DNA of 64,000 nt from an uncultured Candidatus Saccharibacteria bacterium (GTDB lineage Bacteria > Patescibacteriota > Minisyncoccia > JAHISW01 > Tagabacteraceae), in assembly GCA_964601305.1 (NCBI GenBank), contig CAZRMW010000001.1:34376-98375 (forward strand). Direction: 5' to 3'. The notes below the pieces were generated by a model that searched no databases, was not told where the DNA came from, and saw nothing but the letters and a program-made list of their open reading frames with translations. Shown here in pieces: positions 63,006 to 64,000 of this stretch. Every line of letters begins with the position of its first letter. Within the stretch, counting starts at the first letter, position 1. Made by a program: the position numbers and the translations under genes.

Positions 63006-64000
63006 TTATATTGTTTCTGGAGTTGTTGTAGAAACTGGTTCCTCAACAACATGCTCTTCGTATTCGCAACTTAGATCATCTTCTGTTGCGCTTTCATCGT
63101 GATTTAAGGCATCTGGATCCATACAGCCCAAAATCAGCTCGGGTTCTTGCTCCTGAATTAATTCAGCCTGCCCCGTTAAATCCGTAGGATTCTTCGGGGT
63201 ATTTAATTCAGTAGCAGTAGTCGTGGAGGTCGTTCCTTCAATTAACGAAGTTGGACTTCCCACATCCTGCGGTGTGTGAACTCCAACTTCAACAATTCTT
63301 GTTGTTGTCCCTACATTCCCCGCTTGATCTTCAGCAATAAAAGTAATTACATAAGTAGTTGTGCTAGAAGTATCTAAGCTTAATTCGTTCGGATACATCT
63401 CTTCTCCACCATCAATGCTTACTTTATACCCAAGGTTGTCGTTTACATTGTCTGTTACTGTTGCCCCCATATCGCTATATGTGCTACCTACTTCTATTTT
63501 TGCAGGGTTATTTCCAAGGAGAATTATGATTGGAGACTCAACGTCAACACTGTCTGTATTTTCATTGATTATTGATTCATTAGATATTGATTGATCATTG
63601 ATTGTTGAAGATTGATCATTTTTAAGCATTCCCTTCAACTCTGCCAATTCCTCTTTATTCAAACAAACTTCTCCACCCTCTTCCCCAATACATATTTCTT
63701 CTCTAGCCAAAATTCTATTAGCTACAAAAGCTCCGTTTAATTCTTGATTTGTTATAAATTCTTCCACTGATCCACCAAGAGAAAGCGAGTTTAATTCATT
63801 TTGAAGAACTTCTATCATCTCCTGTTGCTCTTTTATAGCCTCTAAGTTAAGGGCTGTTAATTTTTGATAATCTATCATCTTATATCCTTGCATATCCTCA
63901 TAAACCAATTCTGGGAAAAGCACTTCCACTTCCTGGGCAATCAAACCTGTTTGGCGACCATCCCCTAAAAATTCTGTGTGAGAATTTGTTTTATCCCATT
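63006..64000 (-). CDS. surface protein (5' end outside window) containing a phage tail-fibre/endosialidase-type intramolecular chaperone (peptidase S74-like) segment followed by a DUF5011/Ig-like domain
   Basis: GLIAQEVEVLFPELVYEDMQGYKMIDYQKLTALNLEAIKEQQEMIEVLQNEL matches the S74 chaperone helices; PIIILLGNNPAKIEVGSTYSDMGATVTDNVNDNLGYKV...AEDQAGNVGTTTRIVEV is DUF5011-like. The reading frame stays open upstream of the track's start to the window edge. Confidence 0.5.
   Translation of the reverse strand, partial: WDKTNSHTEFLGDGRQTGLIAQEVEVLFPELVYEDMQGYKMIDYQKLTALNLEAIKEQQEMIEVLQNELNSLSLGGSVEEFITNQELNGAFVANRILAREEICIGEEGGEVCLNKEELAELKGMLKNDQSSTINDQSISNESIINENTDSVDVESPIIILLGNNPAKIEVGSTYSDMGATVTDNVNDNLGYKVSIDGGEEMYPNELSLDTSSTTTYVITFIAEDQAGNVGTTTRIVEVGVHTPQDVGSPTSLIEGTTSTTTATELNTPKNPTDLTGQAELIQEQEPELILGCMDPDALNHDESATEDDLSCEYEEHVVEEPVSTTTPETI

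Noticed and set aside
1-64000. CRISPR array or cas operon
   Set aside because: No run of regularly spaced direct repeats with unique spacers anywhere. All tandem repeats seen are 7-mers inside CDS, and the Cas4-like nuclease is solitary.
1-64000. Alternative genetic code (UGA = Gly/Trp, as in some candidate phyla)
   Set aside because: Long ORFs (1133, 887, 813, 701, 686 aa) are intact under the standard code and terminate at TGA, TAA or TAG appropriately. The only in-frame TGA (41168-41170) sits in a GC-rich, otherwise frameshifted, foreign-looking gene.

Overview
AT-rich 64 kb fragment with standard stop-codon usage (long intact ORFs, so no UGA recoding). Its gene content and style resemble a reduced, probably episymbiotic Patescibacteria/CPR-type genome. 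Most genes lie on the minus strand. Housekeeping genes recognised from motifs: serS; dprA–topA; parB; a miaB–miaA fusion; clpB–htrA–iscU–iscS; rnhB; rpmG (53 aa, absent from the ORF track); tRNA-Leu(CAA), tRNA-Trp(CCA) and tRNA-Tyr(GUA); capA and an ftsQ-like gene; a Cys/Met PLP enzyme; a GT-C glycosyltransferase; a VirD4/TraG-like ATPase; a Cas4-like PD-(D/E)xK nuclease; and a PAS / solute-binding protein / histidine kinase / receiver operon followed by a Fic gene. The accessory content is dominated by cell-surface proteins. These include a 1133-aa secreted protein with a Zn-phospholipase-C-like domain, a lamin-tail domain and beta-helix repeats; cohesin-like and dockerin-bearing proteins; tandem paralog arrays that share novel C-terminal modules; and a phage-tail-like S74 chaperone domain. 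The most unusual signal is at the DNA level. A family of short palindromic elements (consensus AATTARCGARGTTGRACYTC, with compensatory arm changes) occurs intergenically and also in-frame inside the coding sequences of ParB, MiaA and several surface proteins, in an RPE-like manner. Other small hairpin repeats and 7-mer tandem expansions are inserted in-frame in rnhB and iscS, and GC-rich structured elements with tRNA 3'-end duplications sit next to tRNA-Trp and tRNA-Tyr. There is also a duplicated small-membrane-protein module with a conserved promoter and 3' hairpin repeats, a GNAT plus AbrB-fold gene pair arranged like a toxin-antitoxin, and two GC-rich islands of probable foreign origin (a disrupted thioredoxin-fold gene and a small membrane protein).
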